From assembly GCF_041381155.1 (NCBI RefSeq), contig NC_091142.1, forward strand, positions 29,819,528-29,883,527: 64,000 bases of DNA, in the 5' to 3' direction. The position numbers and the translations under genes were made by a program. This document shows positions 37,010 to 50,560 of this stretch, one piece after another; within the stretch, counting starts at the first letter, position 1; the number at the start of each line of letters is the position of its first letter. The stretch is from Argopecten irradians. Its lineage: Eukaryota. The notes beneath the pieces were generated by a model that ran no database searches, was not told the origin of the DNA, and worked only from the letters and a program-made list of their open reading frames with translations.

Positions 37010-40000
37010 TGTGACTACTATAAAATGCTGTGAAATATCGAAAATGGAAAATCAAATTTTTCATTTATATTTTCCAATTATCGTGACATGAATAGGTGAC
37101 AGATACTGTGTAAGACCTTTATTTTACGCTTCCCACTGCACATGCTCCATGTGCATGGAATGTGTTGCGTGGGTGAATGTCTATATGTCACGAGAGACTG
37201 TGACACATACACGTTTTGTTTCTTTGTAATAGTGGAACTCTCTTTTTTTATTTTAGAGTGCTTTCTCACCGAAGCACCATGCCATGCCGCCGACGACAAC
37301 GAAAAAGATCAAACCGTAATATAATAAAGTCTCGTATCGAAAAAAAGGAGTTCATCGGATCTTTAGATTTACTAATTTTAACAGGCTTGTCACAGTAGCA
37401 ATAAGAAAATAAAAGTACCTGACCCAACAGTTACACTCACGTCCTTTCTCGTACTAAATTCCTTATAAGTGACTCTCCTAAATAATCCTTTTATATCTGT
37501 AATATTCATGACTGAAAAGGGCGACTAAATTAGGGATATTAATTTTCTCTTCTTACTAACTTCTCTCCTGACTGGCCTCGTATCTGTGTAAGGAACGCTT
37601 AGCGTTCACATTTAAATCAAAGATGTGAAACGACTGTTTTGCATATTTTAAGATTAAATGACCAATGTCTTTGGCGCTTATCTAAGCCTCCCGCGCTCAG
37701 CATTCAGGGAGTGAGACGACTGGTTCACCAGTTGTTAGTATAATGTGACCGGGTGGATTATGTTGCATGGGTCTTCGGCAGCATGAGTGATACAGCACAA
37801 TGAAAGGGCAAGAAGGGCAAAGAGTTTCACTATACAAGAAGACACAACACGAATATACTGCAGTCTCCAATAGCACGCACGTCATACACGCGTCACAACG
37901 CATATATGAGAGGCCGTACTTACATAATCTTGACTGGTAATAAGATGGATTAATCAATAAAACAAACAAACACGGCGTACAGACATGCACAATTTTCGAC
38001 ATCATCTTCAATATCATAAGTAGATATATGCTGATTACTACAGTGACAGTGTGTAGCTGTTGATGCAGTGCAACCAAAAACAACCATTTAAAAAAGTTTT
38101 TTTGCACCAAAGAACATTGAAGGTCTGTGAGGCATTATTAACTAGGCATAATACCACCACATTTGAAAACAGTGATATCTTCAACACAAGCCGGGAGTGC
38201 TGTTTTATAGTGTATTAAAATTCATTTTCAACAAAAAAAAAAAAAAAAAACATAAGCACACACTGCTTCGAAAAGCTTGATGTGTCGAAGACTGAAAATA
38301 TTTATTTTTGATTAAAATTCTGGCTGCTAACTTAACGGTAAATGAATGTGTAATTGTGTTACTCGCATATGTAGTATAACCTGTCATTTTCTTTCATAGA
38401 AGTCGTCCCGATAACCAAATCTTGGCAGTATACCAATGAAAATGATTTTAGTGCAATGTCATATCTGATCTAGTGTCCTGAAGGCCAAGCTTTTTTGCGG
38501 TTATGCAAATTTTGTAATGAAATTGAGGATGAAACCCACTTCATTTTTAGTGTTCCGTTAACTCAACAGTGAGAACAATTTCTTTAATAGTCATAAAGAT
38601 GTAACATCTAAAAGATTTTGAAAATTTGATACCACTCTAGTGTTTTAACAGAAATATATACATATATATGTTGATTAAAACTTCTACAGGATTTAGGACT
38701 CTTTGTTAGAAAGTCATTTGAACTGAGGAAAGCTGGCTTGATAAATGTTTTTAAAGTTGTTGTTTTGATCTACTGTGTGTTATGTATATGTATGTTTTGC
38801 TATCGATTCCTTTCGTATGGATATAAGGAGCAATAAAGTTGAATTGAATTGAATTAATACAGGAAACTGAAATAAAGTATGCCTATTTTGTTCAATTTGT
38901 GTTCAAAGGGGAATAAATCGTTCAACGTTGCCTTGAGGAATGGTCTCTAGGGGACGTAACTCGGTGATAGACGATGCAACGAGTTACAGCGAAAATGCAA
39001 TGATTTTCGTGAGAAATATGACACCAGGGAAGCAGTAGGACCAAGATATATAATACGTTATAGACATGGTAATTACCAACACCCGATTGAAGTCGCTCAA
39101 GGTTGTCAATTTGCCTGCAACTGCAAGAATAAAATATAGGCCTAGTCTCTACCTGGCTTCGGTTTGTTAGACGATTTCGTCTCTGTCTCGTTGCTAGCTA
39201 TACTGTGGGTATTAGTCAAGGAGGCCATGTTAACGTTGCCATCTACCATTAAAGTTGCATTGAGGTTTATATACAGCCTTAATTCAGAAATTGTGATTTG
39301 GTTTAGTAATTAAGATCAAAGCAGAAAGAACATAAATAGCATACCTGTACTGTCAAGTTGGTGTCTCGTCAAAATAACGTTCCAAGGGAGGCAACCACGC
39401 GATAACTCGGGTAACAGCTGATAACAAACAATCGATGACACTATATAATGTATACATGTAAATCAGTTACTTTGTGTATGAAGACAAGATAAACATATAC
39501 GCGTACGTATACTTACATGATATAATTCACCGGAAACTATATAGTCACTGCCCAAATCAAGTTCCTTTGTGGGCGTTTTTATAACATAAATTACATCATG
39601 AATGTGTAAACAAATACCAGTATAGTAGTGATTTACATCCCTTTTGATAACCTTATTATCGTGATCGTCTGGGGTTTTACCCATTTAGCTCAGCTACCTA
39701 CAATACACTCTGTATGTTAACATATACATGATGTTGATGTGTTCTCTGACACTCTTTTATAATGGTTACAAAATTTAAAAAAAATGTATGAAAACCGATG
39801 CTGTCCATTGGTGAAACGCCTTTATAGGGTATCGCTTATAAATTCTTGCAAAAGAATAAACACTTGGTTTAATTGCTATTTTGTAAAAGGACCTGAAGTT
39901 TACTAAATAAATCCCCGCGTCCATACATCCTCGCAACTCGCTTGCCAAGGGTACAGTAGTAGAGTATGGGATTGAATACCCTTGGCTAGCGAAGCTGACA

Positions 40001-40704
40001 TCCTCGATACTCCAGAGGCTATTATATATATATGCATGAGATGGGGTGGATATAACGTCAGTTATATAGTAACCCATGCAGTATCAGGATGGAGTTCATG
40101 CTATTTCAAATCAGATGGAGTTCATGCTATTTCAACTAAAAGTTGCGTGACGGGTGTTTTTTCTTTTAACTGAATAAGTTTTCATTTTAGAAACTCTTGA
40201 AAAAACTTTTAAAACGTACCCCATCGGAACGTTTACAGATATCAAACCCTCATTAAGAACACCAAGGGAAAACAGAGGACCAAATCAACTTATTTAAAAT
40301 CCTGAAAAAATATCTACACAACATTTTGATAAGGCGACATTAAAAAAACCGATGTATCTGTGTATTAAATCGTATTTGATTCATAAAGAAATTATCTATT
40401 TTATAAAAATAGTATATAATCTAGATCTACAATCCTTAGCTTGTACTGAAATATTATAGCAATATTTTAATTAACCAATTAATCAAAATTTATTCATTAA
40501 TGAGCTTTTTTATTATATCATATAGCAAGGATTTATTTAGTGAAATTAAAATGTTGATAATAATTTGATACTAAATCCACTTCAAATCCGGACAAAATTT
40601 GACTTCTTTTTTAGGGCATCCTTCCTTCGGAACATCTCTTTTGTTCCGAAAACACTTTTCCGCGGGAATCTCAATGGTGGCTAGCTCGAACTTGAAAACA
40701 AGAG

Positions 40705-40746
40705 ATGTCAAGTCGTTCCAGTAAAGTTAACGAACGACATCAAGAG
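40705..40746 (+). CDS. HAUS1: HAUS1 (augmin complex subunit 1) exon 1: MSSRSSKVNERHQE.
   Basis: The sequence is ATG…CAAGAG|GTAAAT. Joined to exon 2 it gives NERHQEIQVWLENVFG, to compare with the human HAUS1 N-terminus EERETQVAAWLKKIFG. Confidence 0.6.
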
Positions 40747-42668
40747 GTAAATTATCTGGAATATCGATAGTGTTTGTTCAATTCTATGCTAGGTGCTCCT
40801 TTTGATATTATTATTGCTTAGGGTGAACGCACGCATTCCATTATTCAAACGTAAACAGCACAACTATCTAGGTGACGTCAGTTCGCCCTCATACAATACA
40901 AAAAATGCCAAGTGCTACAGTAGTATACCTGTTAGACCTAGGCCTACGGTAGACGTTCAGTCGCGCCCATATAGCTTAGCTTATGATCTTTGCTATAGAC
41001 AAAGCAGATACAAAATATTGACGTTGAAATCCTGTGGATTATTATAACCACATAACTTGTCATTATAACCCCCCTCCCGACTCAAAATTACTTTTAGGTC
41101 CAATCTAGATCGTATAAAGTTACAATCTGAATTACAACTCCACTATGTCTTCTAAGGGTTATCCAATCATGAGAAGGCCCAACAGAGTTGCACCTCAAAG
41201 TCCCTTTTAGCTATACAAAAAACCTTCAAACTGAAGCCATGAATTGGTTAGTAACTCATTCATCCCTGAAATTTCATAATGTACTACATTCAGTATAGCT
41301 AGACAGTCTTTGATTTCAAAGAGCCTTAAATAAGTCTTCAGGGCTGAATGAGTTCAGCAAATTAAACCAGTTAATGAGTTTTAGTTTAAAACTGATTTGT
41401 GTAACAAATGGAAAGTTTTCAAAATGGGTTTGAAACTATAAACTGTACATGTTTAAATGTAATTTTAATTAATGGATAATATATACTCCTTGTTTTAATT
41501 AATGGATAATTTAGAGAAAATGTTTAGGCCCACATGTAGTTTTAATTGATGGATAATTTAGAGAAACAAATTCGCCCTAAGGAACATGTAGCTTCTCTGG
41601 CTTGTACATATATTAATAATTTTGTTATAGTGTTAAGTATAAGTATAGGCACAGCCACTGTATATGTACATAACTCCTGATGGATGGAGCCTTGGCTTCT
41701 CCACAGAATCTAGGGTTTATGATAAACATGGTGTCAGCACCCACATTCGATTACTGGTGGGTGCAGTCGACTAGAAAGTATTTTCTCTGTTCTCAACATT
41801 TAAAACAGTAATTGGAATTGCATGGTTCTAGCAGAAACATATATACGTAGAGATTGGAAACTCCTTCTTTGTCTTTGTTGACAGGCAGAGGGACCTCCGG
41901 TTTATAGGCATGTTCCCTTGACTAACTACTGTTAAGTGTATTGATTCTTTTAAACATGATATTTGTGTATCAATACAAAGTTTAAACATTATATTAAGGT
42001 TTAATGAGATCAGTTTTATAAATTGATGTTATTTAATATGATTTTTGAAAGCATGAAAATAAGCAATTTTACCTGGTTTTTTGAAAATCAGACATTCAAA
42101 ACCGGAAGTGCATTTTGTTTTGTTAAGATATAAGTTAAAATATCATTTTTTCTTTCCAAAATCGTACTCAAACCATCTGAAAATTACTGAACTTTTATAA
42201 CAAATCAAAGTTATTCTGCTGTTTTAACTATTTAAGAGTTTATCTAAAAACCCCTAGGGACTTACAGAGGTACATCTGCCAATCATAAAAATGGCGGAGT
42301 TGCCAATCTCTATGTATATATGTTTCTGGTTCCAGATTACCATGTAGCTAGTTACTTTTGCATAATGGTATTTTTGCAGGACATTGCTATGATTGCAAAA
42401 TTCTGATCCCCTAAATATGACATGGTTGAAACGTATCTGTATATGGAAATATAGAAAATTTAAACCAGCTGAAATTTTCATGTCTTTAGTTAAAATTGTG
42501 AAAATTTTGACTCGTGACAAATAATACTAATATAATTAATCCTCGGAAGATGGTTTGAATGTCTTTGATTGGACAGGAATGTTTTCTAGTTTTAAATACT
42601 AGTTTTATTGATATGTGATTGACAATAGCATATAAATCATTGGTCTGTTTTTACACTTTTTTTTATAG

Positions 42669-42842
42669 ATTCAAGTTTGGCTGGAGAATGTTTTCGGAGG
42701 AGAACCAGTACCGTCATACGAACTGAACAAAACAACAATTAGTGTGCTGTATGACTTGATGAGGAAGAATCGGTCTATTGATGAGGATAAACAACTTATT
42801 ATAGCAGACTTACGTCAGAAAACACAGAGTACAATGCTGAAG
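42669..42842 (+). CDS. HAUS1: HAUS1 exon 2 (copy A): IQVWLENVFGGEPVPSYELNKTTISVLYDLMRKNRSIDEDKQLIIADLRQKT…. It is 174 nt and 1 nt shorter than copy B, so it is frameshifted.
   Basis: The acceptor is ttttatag|ATT and the donor is GAAG|GTTACC. It is identical to copy B (61172-61346) except that acacagag stands in place of acacaagag. Confidence 0.8.
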
Positions 42843-42923
42843 GTTACCTTGATAATTTCTTGAAAAATAGGGTTTAATTTCCTATATGTGGGTTTCAAGA
42901 TACCAAAACAATATCTGTGAACT

Positions 42924-43279
42924 TAAAGGTGCTCCACCGCCGACAGATATTCATCATTTGAACAATAATTGGTGTTTATTCGTGTGTATATATATGTCTA
43001 ATTAACACAAAAATAAAATAAAATTAAAAAAGATTATTTTGCCTTTGGTGCAGGCGCAATCTGTACTTCATTCCGTATAAGATATAGTGTCATGGAATTT
43101 TTTCGGGATGCAAATAGTTATTTTTCATATCTTTAACTTGAAGTAAAATTTGAAGCTGAATTTTTTCAATGTAATGGTGTAAAGTAAGTAACTTTTGTAA
43201 CTGAAGAAAAATACTAAATCATCTGCTCCTGTTTTTGATAGTAAAATAAAACTATTTGTCAGCGGGGGAGCATCTTTAA
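42924..43279 (+). mobile_element. Same TTAA-flanked MITE family, copy 2, in HAUS1 intron 2.
   Basis: It reads cTTAA|AGGTGCTCCACCGCCGACA…TGTCAGCGGGGGAGCATCT|TTAAg. Its interior is the reverse complement of copy 1. Confidence 0.75.
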
Positions 43280-44133
43280 GTATGATTTACCATGTACTAG
43301 TCTGTGATTGTACATGTGACATTCAGTGTTTCAGACTGACTTCAAAAACTTAAGGGCATTTTGGAAGAGTACTGGCAAAATGGCCTAAATATCACAAAAA
43401 TTATGTCTAAATAATAATATGTACAGGAATTAATAAAGTTAGCCCTGTTGAAGAAAAATCAAACATCACCTACATTTTTTTTGTATCTAGAAATTATTAC
43501 CAGTGGATAATTCAATAAAAGCACAAGTCACAAATATACGATCTTGACACCAGATTGGCAAATCTACACTTGGCAAGTTTGAAAAAAACAGTAGGCAATT
43601 CTGATCTATCAGAGTTACTTCCCTTTGTTTCTCTCTGTCAGTACTTATCCTAATTATAACTCGATTAACCTCTTCTACTTCTGTTCATTTGATTTGTAGC
43701 TCTTCTGCTTCTGGAAGCTCTTCTATCTATGAGGTGGAAGATCTTCTGAGAAGACTTCTGTTATTAGTAGAGCGCAAATCGTGTTGAGCTCTGGTGGAAG
43801 GTGTACGGCTAAACCATTGAATCTGAATTCTCTAATACTCTTAGATGATAAAACATATATGTCAGAAAGTTCTTGCTTGAGTTGAAATTATTCAGGCATG
43901 ACATACCACTGTCCATAATGAGATATTTAATCCAGAAGTAAAATATATTCCTGTACTTGGGGAAGTTGTGTTCAGTTACATATGTAGCTATTTACACTAC
44001 TTATAACTTTAATATTCAATTTTGAATTTTCTATACTATTAAATACTGGATTATTAAAATTTTAAAGCATTTCAGATTTGAGTAGTACATTAATAGTAAT
44101 ACAGGGTAGAGGTTTTGTTGTTTCTGTTTCCAG

Positions 44134-44266
44134 CTGGAAGGTTAGAGCAGGTGCTGAGAGGAGTCGGCCTGACATCGGCAGTGTTATCACAGTCGGGTGT
44201 AATGAGTCTGAGAAGTCTGGCTAACGTTGCCTTACTACTACAGATCAAGGATGTATCAGATACCAA
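44134..44266 (+). CDS. HAUS1: HAUS1 exon 3 (copy A): …AGRLEQVLRGVGLTSAVLSQSGVMSLRSLANVALLLQIKDVSDTK.
   Basis: The acceptor is tttccag|CT and the donor is CAA|GTAAGA. The peptide is collinear with human HAUS1. Confidence 0.8.
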
Positions 44267-45088
44267 GTAAGAGGATGGTCAATAAGGGAATAAAAGCATG
44301 AAATACTGAGGTATTCTGTACTGGGTCTGGATCAGGTTGATTGCTGATGATCATGACCAGGTAGACCAATGGGATTAATTCACGTACCATGCGATACCGG
44401 TAAGATTTTTGCGGGATTATTGTTTCTATTGGTGATGGAATGACATCAAAAGATGATATACACTGTTTCAAAAGGAAGATTACAAATACATGCGCTCAAT
44501 CACCACTTGAGATTCTAGTCCCACACAAACGTTTTCGGGTATCACATGGTACATAAATTAGTCCCATTAGTGCACATCTGGTTAATGTATGGCGCATACC
44601 CAGTAGTTCGCAGTGTACATGGATATGTGACTGATTTCTTCTTTTATTCTTTATATCTGTGGTCTTTTTAGGCTGAATATAGGCCCCATTCCTGTAAGTG
44701 CAACTTTTTCCCAATTTAATCCTATTATAAAAATACAGAAAAAAAGATAGAAAAAATTAGAGCATAATATTGAATTTTAGATATTGGAAATTACCATCTG
44801 CCATCTGCTTGTTTAACTAACTTATCTCTATTAAATTTGTTGAATATGAATTTTATGATTAAGTAATTACAATTGAAATATTTATGTTCTGTTTGTAGGA
44901 ATGTGGGCATTTAAAATTTGTTATTGGTTTTGTTGATACATGAGGTAAAAGATTTAGTTTCAAATTTTGTAAATGTTATATGAGGTGGTATCTTTTAAAG
45001 TATCTGGGACATAGATGAGAAACAGATTTTTTAAAACATGCTCTGACATCTGAAATACTGAAATGGATGTGTAATGTATTATTTCAGT

Positions 45089-45223
45089 TACATGTTAGCA
45101 TTACAAGCCCTGCAGGACGAACTGTACCAAGCAGAGGAGAGTTATCACCAAGAACAGACAACTCTGCAGAATCTCAGGGATAAATCTAAAAATGCTCTGT
45201 TGAAATATAACACCATTAAAAGG
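45089..45223 (+). CDS. HAUS1: HAUS1 exon 4 (copy A): NYMLALQALQDELYQAEESYHQEQTTLQNLRDKSKNALLKYNTIK.
   Basis: The acceptor is tatttcag|TT and the donor is AAAAG|GTACAT. Confidence 0.8.
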
Positions 45224-45589
45224 TACATTTCTTAAATATGATCTTAATTTTAATTGAACTATTTGATTGGATTTTGATAATTGAATTAGATAATCCTGTA
45301 GAATTCCATGCCACGAACTACTAAGGTTGGGTACTGTTAAGAACGAAACAGGAAGGCAATCCTACGTACCCCTAGGGATCTTGGTGCACAGAAAAAAGGT
45401 CAATTTGATGGGGAAAGAAAGTGCTCATTAGAATGAAACTGACCACATATAGTGCACTGAGAGCAAAAGAGTCTGGTAACAAGAGGCCCAACTTGGCTAT
45501 ATTCTGTTTTAATTTCATTGAGATGAATGCCACCTTGATTTGGTATGAAACTTAAGCTTCTAGATGACTCTTTTTCTTTCTCTGAGCAG

Positions 45590-45713
45590 AAGTCTAACGA
45601 TGCTACAACAGCAAGCCAAGACTCAGCATCCAGAGATGGAAGGCAAGGCCAAAGAAACAAAGTTCACACGAGAAAAAGCCAAGGAATACAAAGAAAAAAT
45701 TGCTCAACTTCAG
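45590..45713 (+). CDS. HAUS1: HAUS1 exon 5: RSLTMLQQQAKTQHPEMEGKAKETKFTREKAKEYKEKIAQLQ.
   Basis: The acceptor is ctgagcag|A and the donor is CTTCAG|GTAATT. It matches ORF 45564..45770. Confidence 0.8.
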
Positions 45714-46723
45714 GTAATTTCTGTGAACTATATTTTAGCTTTCTCAGTAATGTGCACGGCAAAATTGTAGAGCAAACCCATGCTTGGTCTGATGGAACTT
45801 GGGCCTCTATAAGAAAAAAATCTGAATTTTAGAAATCTCTTTTTGCATGAATGAATGCACCTTTTTAAAGATGTTTTTGTATCGCCTGTGATGATAGATC
45901 GCGAAGGCGATACTATGGTGATACTTTTCCAGTGGCGGCGTTGTCGTCAACATTTCACTTTACAGTTTTGTGTTAAGCTTTGTTTCTCAAAAAGTTTAAG
46001 TTGAATCCTAACCAAACTTTAAACATAGCTTATCACCTCAACACACCTAATTATTGCAGGATTCATTACGGAGGCCGTGGGATGTAGAGGCTCAGTCGCT
46101 GTGAAACTTAGGGATGCTAAACTATTCATAAGACTTGACTTTAAAGTTTTGCGTCTGTTTCTCAAAAACTGTAAATAAACTATAATTCCAATTCTAACCA
46201 AATTTTAAACATAGCTAAAGGCCATCATTATCACCTCAACACACCTAATTGTTGCAGGATGCAGTGATGCTAAACTATACTTAGCTCTTTTTCTCAAAAA
46301 GCGTAAGTCTTATCCTAACAAATCTTTGAATATAGCTGAAGGCCATCATTATCTCCTCAACTGACCTTATTGTTGCAGGATTCATTTCAGGGTGTGGGAT
46401 TCAGATGCTGGTTGTATGACACATTTATGCTGCATTTCTCTTTTTCTTGATTTTGTTTTACTTTCAGATGTTTTTAAATATTCCATTTATAAATCAACAA
46501 TGCGGTCAATACTTATAATTACGCGTAATTCTTGTTTGAGTATGTCTGTTAGTTATGACATCCTGAATACTTAAGGAGTTAAATCTATTGTTTAAATCTA
46601 ACAAATTACATTTTGAGGAGAATTATCATTCTTTTTTTTTTAATCTCATTTCTGTGTTTACTTTTAATTGTTTGAAATAAAAGTGATTTGTGTTTTGAAC
46701 ATATAAATTTCTTTTTTGTACAG

Positions 46724-46789
46724 AAAGTTTTATCCAGTACTGGAGTTGATTCGTCCATATATCATAGAGAACTTGTTCAAAAGTCAGAG
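46724..46789 (+). CDS. HAUS1: HAUS1 exon 6: KVLSSTGVDSSIYHRELVQKSE.
   Basis: The acceptor is ttttgtacag|AAA and the donor is CAGAG|GTAAAT. Confidence 0.75.
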
Positions 46790-46988
46790 GTAAATATCTC
46801 CACAAATTTCAGTTCCTTTTATAACAAAAATATTCCTAAACATAAAATTTCATGGCAAACTTATATTTCTTTCTTTCAAACTTTGCTGATAAAAAAAATA
46901 TATCAATTTGATATACAGTACCGGATATGTATATTTTGTATTTTCAAACTGCAGTATATATTACAGATTTCTACCTTGTGATTTCTAG

Positions 46989-47060
46989 GAACTACAGAAG
47001 CTGAAGGAGCAGATGGCCCCACTCAAGGGAAAGTTACAGACTTACCATAGCCTACCCCCA
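46989..47060 (+). CDS. HAUS1: HAUS1 exon 7: ELQKLKEQMAPLKGKLQTYHSLPP. Compare human LKQQTIPLKKKLESYLDLMP.
   Basis: The acceptor is atttctag|GAA and the donor is CCCCA|GTATGT. Confidence 0.8.
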
Positions 47061-47781
47061 GTATGTAAAGTATCATTAAAGTGAATAGTTTAGCAAAAAA
47101 AAACCAGTCAAAATGCGTTCATTGGCCTTCCAAAAGTCCTTACAAATCAAAACGATGAAATTTGCCTAACTCTTTGAAAGTGAGGCTGCGTGAAAATGTA
47201 AACATGGACATAGCTAGCCGGAATGGTTGTTTTAGGATTCATATAATTTATATTGATTTTTTCGCATGGAGAGTGATTTTGAAGGGAGATTTTATTTTTC
47301 TATTTTATAAGAAATTATACTGGATACCTTCACAGCATTTTTACCGACTTTAGCCTTCCTTTACCTGACTATTCACTTTAATATTGCTAAGAGGAACTAA
47401 TTACAAGTTAACAATAATATTAAATTACAAGTGACAAATTTTTGTTCAGTGTTCTCAAAGACAAAACTTAAGCTTATAATCGCTTCACAAATCTTGTTTT
47501 CCATTTAGTTTGAAGCTTGTCTGGAGGCATTAAGAAACAAATTTAGTTTTACAATTTCAAACATACCGGTACTTTCTTGACAAAAGACAATGGGATCAGA
47601 TAACAAGCATTACCTATATAGATCTTCTCCCTAGATTTAGTTTTACTTATCTTGTTTTCCATGAATTATTAAGTTTGAAGCTAGTTCAACTATTCTAATA
47701 ATTGTGTGGTCTACTTAGAGAATAAATTGTCTGGATCGAGGCATTAACAATAGACTTTAGCTTTACTGATCTTTCTTACAG

Positions 47782-47829
47782 GATATCTCATTGACAAAAG
47801 TAAAGCTGGAAGAACTGAAGAGAGAAGTG
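47782..47829 (+). CDS. HAUS1: HAUS1 exon 8: DISLTKVKLEELKREV.
   Basis: The acceptor is tcttacag|GAT and the donor is GTG|GTAGGT. Confidence 0.75.
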
Positions 47830-48678
47830 GTAGGTGTTGATATATTCTTAAGAAAAATCTTTAATATTAATTATAGAGTATTATTGAAGCATGATCATTA
47901 GATTACATATAAAAACCCTGTAGTCTTGTCCAATAACTATATTGCTTTTATCTGAGAAAATCACTCGCTTCCAATTATTTATTGTCCATCTCATGTTGGC
48001 TTAGATGGCACTGAAGTGTTCTTTTAGAAGTCTGAACATTCCTTTGCTCATTGTATTTAACAATAATATTATTAAGGGATTCCCTCCTATTGTTTTTAAC
48101 AGTCCTCTCCAAAGAACGATAATCTCGCAAATTTATTAACTTTGGTCATATACTTTTGGCCTGTTCTCCACTGAACCACATGTACAAAATTTGTTAACAA
48201 AGTCTATAACTGTAGACTGTATTTTTTATACATACCTATCTTTCTTCGTGAATATCCACTCCATAACATCCCTATGATAATATTTTTAACGCCCAACGAC
48301 AGTTCTGTCCCTTTTCGGCACATCATGCCAATACACATCCACGGGAAAAAACCAGAAAGCAGACGACAACAGCAATATTGTGTGACGTAACATCACGTCA
48401 TACGCAAACCTAAAAAACGTCGCACATCATCATCAGTGAAGCTTACAATGAATGCCTAGGCCATTTTTATCAAAATTATTGACGCGACATAAACACGCCT
48501 TCATTGTGACTGATACTTTTGGCATGGCACTGTACATATTGTTGATTGTAAGAGATTAATAGATTAGGCAAAAAAGTTTAAACACTTTGTTTTTAATATT
48601 TGAGAAATAAGGTGACCGTTAAGAACCATAGATCTATTGTTTTGATTTATTATTATTGAATGCAATTGATTTTTACAG

Positions 48679-48729
48679 GATCTGCTGGAATCAGAAGTAT
48701 GCAAAAATATTGACTTGATGCATATATGA
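48679..48729 (+). CDS. HAUS1: HAUS1 terminal exon: DLLESEVCKNIDLMHI, ending in a TGA stop at 48727-48729.
   Basis: The acceptor is ttttacag|GAT. The C-terminus is collinear with human …ELTRRVDMMEL*. Confidence 0.75.
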   Translation, partial: DLLESEVCKNIDLMHI

Positions 48730-50329
48730 AAGCAGAAAACATATTGATGGCCCACCCTTTACAACTGTCACTCAAAAAGAAGAGGCTCCTGCTCATCACA
48801 GAAAGTCTAATTATCAGACAGATCTATCGGCCTGATCTCCGGCAGTGTTCTTCTGATAATTGTAAGGTTTCTGGCTTTTGTTTATTGTTTTAAGCCAACA
48901 AACCTTACAAAAACCAGGATTTGAGTTTTCACAAGCACAGATCGGATAAAGATGATAGGCAGACGTTTTTGAAGCTTCAAAATAGACTAAATTTAAAGCA
49001 ATTCACATAAAAAGTTAAAGGGACAATTCATTCTAAGAGAACATTAAAATTTGTACATATATCGAAAAAAAAACCAGTTCTAATGGAATTTAGATCAGTC
49101 GGTTTTACTGTGATGTGCCTGAAAAGCCCATGGTGGTGACATGTGTGTGAAATTTTCAAACTTGTGGTCGAACTTCTTGTATGCCGAACCCTGTCCCTTG
49201 CTCGTAGAGTAATGAAACGTTTGTTTATAACTGCTCAAATCGCTCTGACAATAGTGTGTTAAGCAGGTAGAATATGGGCGCTGTACCTTTACCCGAGCCA
49301 AAGTCACGCACGTTAAACAAATGAACTACATAACCACTGCGAAGGTGATAAAATGATTTTGAGGCAAGATAATTCACATAATAAGGTTAATTGTATTGAT
49401 CAATGATTTGATATTTCAACGATATTAATTAAAATACTTAACAATGACGTGGAATTTGTCAATATTTAACGTTATTTTTTGTTTCATAAGAAATATAGAA
49501 CAATACATTTATGCCATATTTCACTTCTTGGTTATGTAAAAGAATTAGCCTGAGTGAAATTGTCCCTTTAATATTTACAGGTTACTGTTAACCAAATTTA
49601 TTTCACAGTTACTAAATTTCTTAATTTCAGGTTCAAAACATTTTCATAGAGATTAAGTTTTAGCGGATTAAAAATTGAATTGAGATATCTTTGAATTTAA
49701 TTGTGCAAGAATGATCAAAGATATTATTCAAGCGTTCTTGCTACGTGACTATCCTGCACAAAATTGCAAGATGGCGTGATTTGCTTATGAATCTAAATGC
49801 TACACCTCAGATGGCGTAGCAATGATGCATGTATTGTATATTGTATACACAATGTTAATTAAGTATTGACACTTTGGTCACATAGTAACACCCCAAAACT
49901 TGGTGTATTAATAAAAAAGTGGTATTCTTCAAAGCAAATTCTGATAGTAATTTTGGAAATGTTCTATATCCTGAGGGTGTACAAACCATGAAAAACATGG
50001 TCTTACATGTATAACTTGATGTATTGTTAAAAAAATTTCTAATGAATGGGTACATATACACTTTGTACAGATTGAACAAAAATATATTCTGCTCGTTTTA
50101 TCTTAACTGAAAACTGTATTTTCACTATCATAGTGCTATGGGTATATGATACATGTAATTTAATTCATCACATATTTATTGGTACATATATTTTTATGAG
50201 AGATTAAAATGAAAAAAATTATACTTTGTGTTGATTTTATGTACATGATGAGGTTATTATTTAGTATTCTTATTATATGTGTTGATTATGTGTACAGGAT
50301 AAGGTTATAATTATCAGACCAAAAAAAAA

Positions 50330-50560
50330 TTCTGTTAAGGGTTACCCCTAATTTTTTACCCTGACCCTATTTTTTTTAATTTTTCAATGAAAAAGAATTA
50401 AAAGTTGGGATTTCATTCTCAGACTTCGGTTTCGCCATTATTTTAGAGTAAAAGTCACTATAAAAAAAAAATCCTTCCGACCTACCGGCCCTATTTTTTT
50501 TTTGCCTATGTCGCCCTAAACAGACATCTTTTTTTTTTGGTCTCATTTTAGTTATCTTTA
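50330..50560. repeat. Dispersed repeat, copy 1. An inverted copy is at 56290-56540.
   Basis: cattattttagagtaaaagtcacta…ccgacctaccggccctattt…ccctaaacag matches the reverse complement of 56300-56440. Confidence 0.6.

Larger units (their letters stand above)
41311..45500 (+). repeat. Segmental duplication block A, paired with block B at 59833-64000. The offset is about 18.5 kb, the orientation is direct, and the blocks are roughly 97-98% identical with indels.
   Basis: Homology starts at ctttgatttcaaaga(g/a)cc (41311 / 59833) and continues to the window end. The block includes HAUS1 exons 2-4 and a MITE. Confidence 0.85.

Noticed and set aside
42669-42842. Rescuing the copy A HAUS1 exon 2 frame with an alternative donor (ACACAGA|GTACAA)
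   Set aside because: That donor has A at -1 and a weak consensus. It would delete conserved residues (EYNAE). The frameshift interpretation is more parsimonious.
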